From Dimorphilus gyrociliatus (lineage: Eukaryota; Animalia; Annelida), in the NCBI GenBank assembly GCA_904063045.1, contig CAJFCJ010000003.1:1488001-1552000 (forward strand): a stretch of DNA of 64,000 bases, read 5' to 3'. Below the pieces are notes generated by a model. The model had not been told where the DNA came from. It saw only the letters and a list, made by a program, of their open reading frames with translations, and did not search any database. The position numbers and the translations under genes were made by a program. The first letter of the stretch is position 1. Each line of letters begins with the position of its first letter. Positions 37,401 through 50,000 of the stretch are shown here, piece after piece.

Positions 37401-39572
37401 ATTATGGTGTCAGGGAAGTGTTCAATCCCAAAAATGAAAAGACTCCCAGAGTAATAAGAATTAAAGAGCTCTTCTCGTCAAACGAAGACGAAGTTCGCCA
37501 ATCGCCTAAACTGAATGGTTTAAGAAATTTGCTTTTAACTCCAAAAATTAAAGGTTCAATTATTTCAAATTTATAGAAATATTAATTATTATGATATTTT
37601 CCCAAATTGTTTATTAGCTTCTATTAATGATATCGAGAAAAATTACGTGGGCATTAAAGAATTACTTCACGAAGAATCGATTCAGAATTCTCCAGTTTTA
37701 ATAGGAGTAAAAGAGTTGCTGAAAGTCGACAAAGAAAAGGTTGATAAAGAATTGGATATTCGCCCACTATTTCAAGAGGATGAAACAGTGCAAAATTCAC
37801 CAGATTTAAGAGGTATTAGGGAGATGTATTTGGAGCAGACTAAGGATTCGGATATAGATGACAGTGTCCTAGAAAGTATCCCAACGATGTTCGAAAGGAA
37901 CGGGCCGCCGATAGAAATGCAGGATCTTGAAGATGATAATTCTTCTAGCACGATGAACGAGGACGCTTCGTCGCCAACAAAAAGTGATCAGAAAAGAAAT
38001 GTACGTTTCGCTGAGTTTAATGAAGTTTTCCCAGTAACTCCACATAAATTAAAAAGATCTGAGAGAGTAAAAAATATGCAGGTATCCCCCGAAGAGGAGG
38101 AGGAAGATCCTATGGAGGAGTTTGACGAGCAGCCGAAGCCAAAGAAGAAAAGGGTAGCTAAGGGTAGGGGTAGAAAGGCTAAAGTCAAGAGCGCTTCAGA
38201 TGAAGATACAGAGACTAAATCAGTAAAGAAAGCGAACACGCGACGAAAAAAGATACAGGAAAAAGACGATAAGTATAACAAAACTGAAGAAAATGAATTA
38301 ATTGTAGATAAAAATAAAAATGCTGAGTTGGAGGAAGAAAAGAAAGAAAATTCGCCTTCAAAAGTTGAGGAAACACCTATAGTAGAACAAATTTTAACGA
38401 AAGAGGACAAAAATGAAGAAAAAGATAACGAGGAATCGAGTAAAAATATCGAGAAAATTCCTGAAAAAATTGAGAAAAAGAAGCAAACGCGTCGCAAAGT
38501 TAAAGCTAAAGCTATGGAGGAAGACGTAATTGACAAACAGAGTACCGAAAAAGAGGAAAACTCTGAAAAAGATCTACCTTTGTCAACGCCTCAAAAAGAT
38601 CCCAAGGTTACTAAATTAACAGATAAACTAGCTGATTCTCCAGCTCGCAATACTCGACGACGAGCAAAAATGCTAAAAGACGAGGAAAGCCTTGATTCAG
38701 GATCTGTGAAGAAAGCTAATAAAGTTTTAGAACTACCTGATGATTCTGAGCCTGTCAATAAACGAGTAAGCAAAAGAAACCTCAAAGAAGCCGATACCAA
38801 AGTGAAGAAAGCTGGAAGGTCTAAAACACATATGGAATCAAAAGATGAAGCAGACTGCGTTGAAGAACCTAAGAAGAAGAGTCGAATTGTAAGAAAAAAT
38901 AAAAAGGTATCTATCCCTGATGAAGTGATAGTGATCTCTGATACGGAAGATACACTAGCAGAAGTAAAAAAGAAAGCTCCTCGTAGAACAGCAAGAAAGC
39001 CTGCTTCTGAGAAAATGACCGAAGAAGACTCAACAGAGATGGAAAAACCAACATCGAAAGCAGATAAATATGTCGATAATAGTACATCAAAATCGCCAAA
39101 TGAAAAATTTAAAGGTAGAAAGAGAAAGAATATAGAGCCGATTATATCGTCAGAGAAGGACTTGACCGATTCCGTATCTCCATCACAGTCGAAAAAAACA
39201 ACAAGAGGTGGCAAGCAAACCAAAAATATTTTGCCTGAAGAGGTTGCTGAGCACGAAGACGAAAGTAAGCAAAAGAAAGCCCCAGCCAGAGGTAAAAGAA
39301 AAGCCAAGATGGAGAGTCAGGAAGTGGTTCCAGATAAAATTGAAGAAGATAAGAAGAGGCCTGTAAGAAGCTCTAAAAGATCAAAGCCTACTGTTGCTGT
39401 AATATCGGAGGAGGAGGAGCATGGAAAGACCTCAGTGAAAAAATCGTCGACGAAAGGAAGAAAGAGAAAACCTTCCGGGGATGAATTGGAAACTCGGTCC
39501 ATCAAGCAAAAAACAACTGAAGAAGTGCAGGAAAAGCCTAGAGGAAGAGGGCGACCGAGAAAGCAGAAATAG
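34417..39572 (+). CDS. MKI67: Ki-67 (MKI67)/Repo-Man family protein, about 1,564 aa (exons 34417-34520, 34578-34662, 34769-34951, 35020-35211, 35266-36942, 36996-37139, 37199-37553, 37618-39572)
   Basis: FHA-like N-terminus (IGKVAVLNSKG...TFGSNESCDVRL...LLVNDKPI...IKSGDKFGVDGGFFIF). PP1-binding domain KSVSFAPEVSPE|IFDKRLPPNTPIRRGSAP (human RRRVSFGGHLRPELFDENLPPNTPLKRGEAP). Conserved-domain motifs LWSHVITKG and STGHAESPSTIYI. GxKELF-type repeats; basic tail with AT-hook. All eight exons join in frame via GT-AG. Confidence 0.85.
35824..35928 (+). repeat. In-frame 21-nt (7-aa, NEEKE[LV]K) tandem repeat, 5 units, inside the Ki-67-like gene
   Basis: aatgaagaaaaagaactgaaa / aatgaagagaaggaagtgaag / aatgaagaaaaggaactgaaa / aatgaagagaggaaagtaaag / aataaagaaatagaactgatg. 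Confidence 0.9.
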
Positions 39573-41034
39573 CGAGTGACTAAAATTATTCCTAATTAGC
39601 ATTGTGCTTAATGTAGGTGTTATTTTAGTTTTTTTTAAATGTTCCTGTTTTAACTCTCAAGCTGTTTTTCATCAAATTTTTCTATCGATGAAAGTTATTA
39701 GAATATGATAATTTTATTATAACCTTTTTCAAGTCTATTTTGGTTGATGAAAACACGTTCATGCGATTCTTTATTCAATAAAAGTTGTAATGTTGCTAAA
39801 AACGTTAAAGTTGAAGATAATGATTCCTATTTATTTTAAATTTTGCGGAAAGGTTTACTAATGTAATCTTTTAAATCATAACTAATCGATTTGCTAGAAC
39901 AAAACATGGTGTGATGGGCCGTTTGATAAATATTGATTATTTGAATAAAAATACTCGTAAATAAGACATCAAATTCAAGGCAAAGCCAACTTTTGATTTT
40001 AATAGAATAACAAGTCATAAGCAATCAATAAGATTTACTACAGCATAAATAGGATTAAAAATTTGCTAAATATTTTCTAAATTATCGGTTATGTGTCAGG
40101 TGCGGAAAATGCTCCAGGTGTTAAAAACAATAACAATATTAGATAGCGATTACATTTGATATTTTTATAGCAACCCTTCGTCAAAAGTTCATTGAAAAAT
40201 CTGTGAAGCTTTTATATTAGTGTGTTTAAAGTTCATTTCCCCTCTATTTTGATCTTTTAATATACTTGTTTATAATATTTGGTATTAGAAAGCTTTATTC
40301 TCCGCGTAACAATCGACAAAAAAATCTTAAAGAATGACATATTTTAAGCTTGGCCTAAATTACATAATCTTTTTATTACTATAAAAAAACGATCGTTAGT
40401 GCTTGTACTTTTGCACAAACCGTGAGAGTATGTAGTGTATCACTTTTATGTTAAACTTATGTATGTATATATATATTATATGTATATATAATATAAATAT
40501 ATAATTATAAATATTGATCTAATTTGCATGAACAGGTTTTAGTAAAAACGCGTACAACGATCGAAAAACATACTGTATATGTATGTCGCTTTAGTAAAAG
40601 CAACTGATAAAAAAGATGACTTACGACAATCAAGCCAAACTTCACCGTAATACAAGTACGCGTCTTGTCATATGATAATCAGTTAATTAACATTTGTCGT
40701 CATTGTTGTATATACAGTATAAGCTCTAAGTACAATTTGGACAAATACACCTGCAAGAAATATACACACAATATATATCACATATATATACGTATATATA
40801 CATATATGTATTTATATATATATGCGTTAATATGTAATATTAGTTCTACGCATAAAAGGAATTTACTAAGCAATGACTAATACTTTCGAAAGCCTGTCCT
40901 TTTACTCCCGCCATTTCAATCAAGTGATTTTTCGGATACTATTTTTTATGTACAGTTGACAGCCGATCCGCAAAATACGTTCAAGTATGACTTGGCAGAA
41001 GAAAGAAATGTTCAAGTTCACCATATAGATGGCG

Positions 41035-44000
41035 CTAAGAAGCATGAGGAGAAGGTGATTGCCCAGTGCCCTGTTGGGAATTCGGTAGTGAAGCTATAAC
41101 GTCAGGTGTAACATTTTTTCGTAATATATCATTCTCCATTTCTAGTCTCTGATTTTTTTCTAAGAGTTCTTTAATTTGCACTTTTAATACATCAACTTCT
41201 TCTTTAACTGCATACATAAGGTGCGATTTTACTAAATCCATTGCTTGCTCTATTTTATTATCTATTGCTACCGTGCTTGCACCACTGTAGGAAAAAAGAG
41301 AACTTTTAGAAAGAAATGCAGAAATAGTTTTAAAAAATTATTCTTTTCTGTAACAAGTATGGTTTATCGTCAATGGATATTTTTATGTAAATCCTCTTGT
41401 CGGCATGAATTACATTAATGGGCTATAAATAAAAAATAGGCCAGGAATTGTAAACAAATATTCGTATTTAAAAAAATATTGTTAAATATAGTTTGGAATA
41501 TTCGTTTCATGAATTTCAAATAGTATAAACAAAAAAGTTGAGATAAAAATAGGTAATGTCAAAAAGGTTAAAAAACACTTATAGGGTGATTTTTTGAAGT
41601 AATAATAATTATTAACTTTATGTAATAATGTGCTCTACTACTATGGCCAAAAAACATTGAGTATTAGATAAGACAAAAAAAATATTTTTGATTATAAAAA
41701 AACGAATGAATACAAAAATCAATAGTTGCTCAATACATTCACTACCTAACTCAGAAACACCAACCAATTTTTCTTACATTGTGTCACTAAAAATTAAGAA
41801 ATTTAACAACCTAACAAGAAAGGCGAGAATCAAATCAATATCCGAATATATCGAACTCTTAACCGGAAGCTTTACAGTTTCATTACGCTCAACCCAATTA
41901 AGTACGCGATCTATTAGAGAATGATGTGCCAAAATGTCCATCATAATTCGATGACCTTCCTAGAACGCTTCGCATACCAAACTGAATCGACCAGCGACCT
42001 GCATTTATTATCTCAAACATTAGCCTGGTTCCCGTAATTTATTTAAGCAGGCAGATTGCAGTTGACTGCAGCGGACGTTGAACCCAACGACGTCAAGGCC
42101 TAAACTAATCATTACACACTGCTAGGTTATGTCGCTTATTTATAATCTGTAAGCAGGGCTTCAAGATTATTGAATAGTTGACCAAGAAATTTTTGTTTTG
42201 TCATGAATAACTTTACTTCTGGATGCAATATCCAAGTTTAAAACTAAAAATAGCTAATCTAGTTTATCTACAACATGAGTGTCTCGAGTATATTTACACA
42301 TATGTGAAACGATCCTGATCGAATTTGGATGTTTTTCAGCGTCTTCAGACTTATATTTCCTTTCTATATCACTGCTATGACATCAAATATCCTCTACTCT
42401 ACTTTTTTTCTCATTAACTAACGCATTACAGCAAGACTTTTTACGTTCTCTTTAATAACGAATATAGGTATAAATTTATCCAATGAAAAACAGCTAGCCT
42501 TGTTTGGGTATGACGTCAGCAATAATTTTTTTGAAAGAGGACGCAAGATGCATAATCTCACGCAGTAAATCTTGTTTACGTCTGGAAAGAGAAATCTCCA
42601 TCGTCGGATAAACTAGTTCTAGGACAGACAAAAAATTTTGGTAAACATTGAATACCAATATATCACCTGAACAAGATGTGCTCACACCGAGGCCAATCTG
42701 TAGCGTCCATTGACGCTGCTTCTCCTGGTCTACCCTGTTTCCGTAGTAACCAAAAAGATATGCGCTGACGTCATTTAGATGCGAGTTTAGATTGAGACAT
42801 CTAGGTTCCGCCTAGAGTAAATTCGTTTACGCATTGACGTTTACAACCACAGACTAACATATTTTTGATGATCTTTCAAATTTTCGTTTCAAGACGTGTA
42901 GCAAGGTCATCAATGGAAACATTATGCACATGAAAAACTGCACTCAATAACATAACATTAGCAATTAGGGAAAATTCCATTGATACATGCGATAATTAAT
43001 TTAATTAAAATTAAAATTAAAAAACCTACTGATCCAATAAATCTAAATCGATATTTAAAAATCCCAGTTTCATCAGCATATCTCCTAATTTTCGATTTGA
43101 GTTATCGCAATCACCTAGTGGTTTTTCGTTCCTGACAGAAATATCGCAAGAGAGCATCATTTTGTGTGTTTAAGCATGAAACGACTCGCTCGACAATAGC
43201 AGCTTGAATAATTTTTAACAATATGGTAAACGTTTTATAAACATAGGGAATTTCCATTGATTTGCATAATTTATGCGAAGTCTTCACAACTTGTGTAACC
43301 TGAAGCGGCCTAGTATTTCTCTATATAGAGTATATGTATATTGAAAATATAGTGTTTTTTTAGATTTAAAAAAAAATAAAATTGATGGCTATTAAAGCTA
43401 AGAAAATATTGAGGTTAACTAAATTACTTATAGCTCAGAAGTCTGAGATAAAACATAACAACAAATCAATATTAGATCTTTATCGGCAGGCAGTCGATGA
43501 TTGAATTACATGGTAGGACAAATATTCTAAAGGTTATAGAAACAGCTAGAATATTTTAAAGAATATTGCAGTAAACAACCCCAATAAATAAATATTATAA
43601 GAAATGATTAAAGATCTTTTGTTCACTCTATATACTATCTATCCAGTAGAGCATATTTGAACAGTTTTAAATTAAAATCGCAATATATTATTTCTTTGTG
43701 TGTTTGAGGTCAAGCAACGACCGATAGACCATATCCCTCCATTTTCAGCGACAATAAAATAATCAAATGTGTACGTTTGTACATTAACACACGAGTTATT
43801 TGTTGAAATTTGTGAGCCAAGTGTAACAGTAAATACAGTAATAAATAAAAATGGGTAAAAAAAGGAGGTTATGGATTGATTGTTAAAATAGACTCAGAAT
43901 AATTCGAAGGCGGTTAGCATTTACGCCCTTTTTCTAATTGTGTTAAAGTAAATATTTTTATGCAAAAGCCCTAATGTCACCTTATAGATTTCTTCGCTAT

Positions 44001-47000
44001 TCCTAGGCCGCAGAGAATTCAGCGGCAAAATTTTAAACAGGCGATCTTGTTCTACTTAAGTAAATTGTTTAACGTGTATATGTACCAGAATATTGTACAA
44101 AGGCTCTTTTCTACGTTTTAAAACAGTTTAAAAAGCCAAAAAAGTATTAGGTGAAAGATCAGCTTTCTTTTTTCAAGTGTCTTTTTTGTTTCATGGACTG
44201 CTCGCATGAGAAATCCATCGTTCTGGGAATGTTTTAAACATTTCCAAAACATCTTTTAAGTCTTTTATTGATTAAATTTGCTACCACAAAAAAAATCTAT
44301 AAATATTTGTTAAAATATTGATGTGTTGTATTTATTGAACTGTTTCATTTCAATTGATCTCTGTTGAAACTGTTCTATATATCTAAAAATAGCGGTAAAC
44401 AACCTAATAACTATTATATTACTTTTAGATAAGGTTTATTTCGAGTTTCTGATGACCAATGTCTAAGTTATTAACTTTTGTAGCCATGAAAATTCAACCT
44501 TTAATTTACCCTTCAAGAAAATTATAACTCTTAAGGCCATGTTCTGTTTTTAACATACTAATCTTAGGTTAAACTCTTTACATCCTGTTTAACTTAACAA
44601 CACGATTTAAGACTTATTCATCTTATTTGTCTAATGTAAGTTTAAAAAAAATTAAAACCAAGAGAATTAAAACGTTAGTTTAATTTAAAAAGTCTATGAA
44701 ATTGATAAGAAAATATACCTCGTCTCCATGGTAGCTTTGGAAAAAATATTAATTTTTTGCTCTGAACTCTTTAGTAAAATTCCAAGGATGTTTCTTCTCG
44801 AAAAAAGCACCAGTTAAAAAAACAACTTCGGAATAAGATTGTTTCCCAAAATAACTTTTGAAGTTCTATCTTTCTATATTGATTATTACACAACTTTTCT
44901 AAGCTTGCATCAAAGTTGAATCGAAAGTTAAGTTTAAAAAGTTTGAATATTTTTTTCAGGCCTATGAAACTCAGATAAGTTGTAAAAATTACAATAACCA
45001 GAAACGCCATCTACAATGCATAAAAACTACACGCTAGATGTAGCTAACAGCTGAAAAAACTTCTACATTACATATAGTGAAGGGATTCTTTTAACTTGTA
45101 AGATGCTGCGATAATGTTCACAACATGTTTTTAAATGCTATTTCTAGAGGACGGTAATCGTAAAAATATATTTTACTGGATTCTTAAATTTATATAATCT
45201 ATTCTGAGATAGAACAAATTACTCGAAATGGGTTAATAAATTTGCTTTCCTGTATCAGTCTCTAATAAATTTTACTTAAGAACATTTAATGGAACGTCTC
45301 AGCAAGAAATTAAAAAAAAAAAGCATTTGGCAAACGAAACCAAAGTAGTGTTAGTGCACTTACGAACACTAAAACGATGCCTGTCAGTGCGCTTCATCGA
45401 CCTGAACGCGTGCTAATCAATCCAATCAAATGTCAGTGTCAATTAAGGATTTAAGATTTGGTTCTTAATATAAAGTAAAAGTTTTATAATCATACTTGCG
45501 ATTACTTTTCATTTCAATTATTATTATTGACGATAGTAAGTATCCTCTTTGCTGTCTAATTGAAAAATTCATCTCGGAGTATTATCTCATATAGAGCTAT
45601 TAATAGTAAGATATTAATCGTAATATATAACTAAAATGACTAATTAGGTAGCAAATGTCGGTCAAAAAAAGACATGGATCTCGCTTTATGCTATTTAAAT
45701 AGCTAAACCGACGTAGGAAATACGTAATTAGATATAGCCAATACAGTTGAAACCTGAGTTCAGTTTGTATAAAGTCTGCGGTTTATAATAAAGCAGCAGG
45801 ATACGTAAAACAAACATATATGAGTTTCTAGCATTATTTCAACCCAGTTTTAACTAGAGTGTAGATAGTAACTAATGAGGATAAAAATATTTCTCCAACA
45901 GATCATTTCACATAAAAGATAAATACAATTTAATTGTGAATTCATTCAAATTTCATTTTAAGTTTTAGTAAAATCTTTCAAATTTAAGAAGTTAACCAAA
46001 ATACTTTTAGTAAAATAAACAATGGCTTTCTTTTGCATTTCAATTTATGGCCTTGCCTTCGTTAAAGAATTTCGAGATAATAGAGGAACCTAAAAGCATT
46101 TCTTTATTTGCAACATGCTATAAATTGAATCAAGAGACACATTTAGTACTTTTGTGAGATTCTAGGTATAAGTTATTGTCTCAGCCTTAATTAATTATGG
46201 GTTAACTAGTAGCAAAACTTTGTAGAAACTAATGGAAAATTTTTCTTTGTTTTAGCACTATACAAAGAGAAATGAAAATCGCTCAAAAATATAAAACACA
46301 TTTTCAGTCGAAAATCGATGCAAATTGACAAAAAGGACAAATGGAAACAAACTAGGTTATGCGCTTGTAATACTATCAAACAATTTTTAAATTCCTGTAA
46401 GATTTCAAAAAAAGATCAGATCCGATATGAGAGAACATCACTCTCTCAATTAATACATAATTTTCGTTATGGTCGTTTTGTATTCAAATATGGTGACTGA
46501 TTAATTAATCGATCGTTATCGGCAAGAAAAAAGCAAGACACCCTTAATGGTAACTTTTTCTTCATTAGCAATTAACTAAACTTATTCATTTTATCTTCTG
46601 TTATGTAAAAACAATTATTGAAGGAAATAATTGACTATTAAGAATCTGTACGTCTTGAATTATCTCGATAAAATTCCCATAAACTGTAGTAGACTATCGT
46701 CACAATCTAAAACAATGAAAAACGCCCATTTTCTAGAAAGTTGCTCGTAAGAGTTGAGAATAAGATGAGCTGAATTCCTCAAGGACAAATATATTTCTCA
46801 ACTAGAGTGTGTTTTACTTGAGTTTGTATTCCATTATCGTTGAGTTACCAGTTTAGCTGTCTTTTTATTAATCTCCTATAGATTTCATTATGGATTTATC
46901 AATAAATATTTTCCGACAGTAATTTATATTATCAAAAAGAAGGCTTAACGATTTTAACTGTTTCTGGTCATTATTATTCAGCTTCGATTTGAATATTTAA

Positions 47001-50000
47001 AGAGTATAATACGATCGGTCAGTCGTCATGGTTTTAAAGGCATCAACTAGTTTTTAACAATTTAACTGATAATTGGATTTCTCCTTATTTAAATAGGACA
47101 AAATGAGGTCAAACCGCCACACTTAACCAATAATCAATAAAGAAAACAATCAAAGGAAGATCAATCAGTTGAAAGATTTTGATGGCATGGGCAAAAACAT
47201 ATAGGCGGGTCCACCCAGCAAGACCAAGAACCTTGCATCATCAATAAAAATAAAAAAGACGGCAGAGCTATATCTTATATTTAACGAAACCTAGATACAT
47301 ACATAATTTCACTTGCTCTTCTTAAGGTTCGAAAATTTGTTTGCCATTGCAAGTTTATTTCTTCCTGTTGTCGCATTCGGTAGTATACAACTTGGTTGCT
47401 TCTAGAGACGTGCTGTTGATGCATATTTCACTTCTTTTTCATTCATGGTATAATTCCATTATGATTTCACTTTCACAAAATATAAAATTCAAGGACTTAT
47501 ATTAAATGCGTAGAAATATACGGGGCCCCTGATTTCTTTTAGCTATTCAAGCATTAATTAGACTTAATTTGATTTAGACACAAAATTATATCTTATCCAC
47601 AAAATGAATCAATCTTTAACCGGCGATATTCCTAGTTCAAAAACTCTCCACAATGCAATCGTCAGTGGAGAGATGGAAGAGTCAGCGTTTTGAAACGCCC
47701 CCTATTGGCAAAGTGAAACAAACCGATAAAAACAAGTAATATATACTTGACTTTTAGATAAGTTAAACTATCATACAAGTAGGCCAATATGAATCAACAG
47801 CTGATCGGCAACAGTTAGACAAACAAAAGTTATTAGATTATGAATGAAATAAGTTCGCTCCCATGCATAATTGGTGTATACGCGAGTCAGAAATCGAATC
47901 TCAATAAACTTTTAATTTCCTTACGTTAAGAGATATTATTTCGAGAGGGAAAGTAACAAACCTCTTTACTTTTTGACATTCAGAAGGATCATCCCCAGTT
48001 CCGATTTTGTTAACATTTCCTACTGATTGACTGCGTAATCTAGATTCATTTTTCAAAATATTAAAATTTGCATCTTTGAGTTGTATTTTTCCCAATGCCT
48101 CATCATCCGATAAACAGTTTGAGGTTATATTCGTTTCGTTGAAATTTTCTCCATTGTGAGACCGTGATCTAGTCCGAGCAGTAATCAAAGCTCGTGGTAA
48201 GGTCAGATATTCGTAATTCAAGGTTGGCGAATAAGTTGGCGAATAGCTAATGTATTGGGTAGTATAATTCTTCTGGCATTCTGAACATGAGCAGGTTTGA
48301 ATATCCGTTTTTTTCATATACAAAAAATTTTCAGACATTTCGTCTATCGGGAAGCAAAATTATAATATACATACTTTCCTTAAATTATCCCTTTTTGATT
48401 AACAATTATAAAAATCTTACAAAGTAAATATAGCAGCTCCGGTTAGCACAATGACCGCTCTGTGAACCAACTTTAATGTTTACGATTGTCCGATCCAAAT
48501 TACGTAACAGTATGGGACAGGGTTTCAGATAAATGGAAAACGTATGTATTCTTCGACAGATACTTCGAAGTCCAGTGTAATCGATACAATGCATATTAAA
48601 TAACGAATCGCGCAAAGTTTCTTAATCAAATCTTAAAAATCGACTTACATCAAATACTCAAAGTCCATTTTTTAAACGAAATTTGGCACGGCACGTCGAC
48701 AAAGCTAAGCGGACTGTCATTACTTTATTTCTTTTTATCTTTTCGGCCCTGACCTTTTAATATACGTACGAAACGTTACAGGTAAAATCTAAGAAAAGTT
48801 ATATAAGAGGCATTTAAAGTAGATTGAACAGCATAAAACATACTATTTATATTCTTAATACAGATTTAAAATTTTTGTGGTTCAAACAATTTTTTAGACT
48901 AAGGCAGAATTTTCAAAGATAGCGCTGCACTGATATCTTGAATTTAGACTTCGGTACAACAAACCTGCCGTTTCAGTTAATAACCATGACAGCATGCGCA
49001 GTTTTTTATTATGAAATAATTAAATGGTCTTAATCAATACGCTTTTTGAAACGTTGGTTTAACAAAAAAGTTAATAGATCATTTTTTTTTGTTTTACATA
49101 GTGTAAAATATGATAGCTAAAAACCATGTTAATGAGTTAATCAGCCTAATGGGCGTAGTGTAACAGAATTTGGTATTGTTTTAGAGATTACCTAGGAAAG
49201 CCGATAAAATAGCTACCTTCAAATATTTTGTCGAGTAGTTCATTTCAATAAAACAATTCGAAAACGCCAATTAACTAGATTGGTATCAAACGTACTCATC
49301 GTCCGATAAGAGGACAATGAGCACGATAACCCTCTGGTACCAAAAGATTTCAATGACCTAAATTTAATACTTATAAAAATTCTTGACTCAGACCAGTTCC
49401 GGTCAGACGTCTAGGATATCTGGGAAAGTATTTGATGACTAATACAAGCAAAAGACAATAACCAACAAATAAATAAAAAGACTATCCAGTTACGTCAACC
49501 GTATGTTAAGATATTTGACAAACAAAAGAAAAATATCGAGCGATAGTTGACGATGCTTATCGAACAAATAGAAAAAAGTCGTTATTGTCTTATCTAGGTT
49601 TACACAAATTTACACAATCAAAGAATGGCCTTACGTACAAGTGACCGAGATTTTGGTAAAACAAAATATAAACAAATACATACCCCTCTTTTTCAATGCC
49701 ACTGTGGACAATCTGCGCCAAAGGTAACCTGAATGACTGATCAACACCACTATTTTGTTTGTCAATAGTTTTCAAGTGATCTCGTTCTTCTAACGGAACT
49801 TCGACGCTTGAATTTTCATTAGAATTACTGCTTTTTTTACTAGCAAGATTATCTGATTCAACTGGAATCACAACTTCAACTGGATAGGCAGGTGGTTCAT
49901 CCACATTTGAATCAGAGCCCGATTCAACAGCTTCAAGAACCTCTGTCTGTTGTTCTTTGGCTTGTTCTGGTGGATAGGTATAGTCTGCTGGGGGCAACTG

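Noticed and set aside
35322-39505. Long minus-strand ORFs rich in S, F and L (35322-35981, 36522-36863, 37988-38536, 38591-39307, 38911-39099, 39317-39505)
   Set aside because: Antisense shadows of the purine-rich E/K-coding strand of the Ki-67-like gene; no independent motifs or splice structure.
42494-42685. Minus-strand [13 protein letters not shown]... in the TSC22D intron
   Set aside because: GTG start, no usable donor before its stop, and it overlaps regulatory motifs. The credible mini-exon here is 42710-42667 in another frame.
43000-47000. AT-rich intron interior including ORFs 44771-45010 and 46318-46500; possible decayed transposon fragments
   Set aside because: No transposase or RT motifs, no clear TIR or LTR pairs, and no second copy seen in the window.
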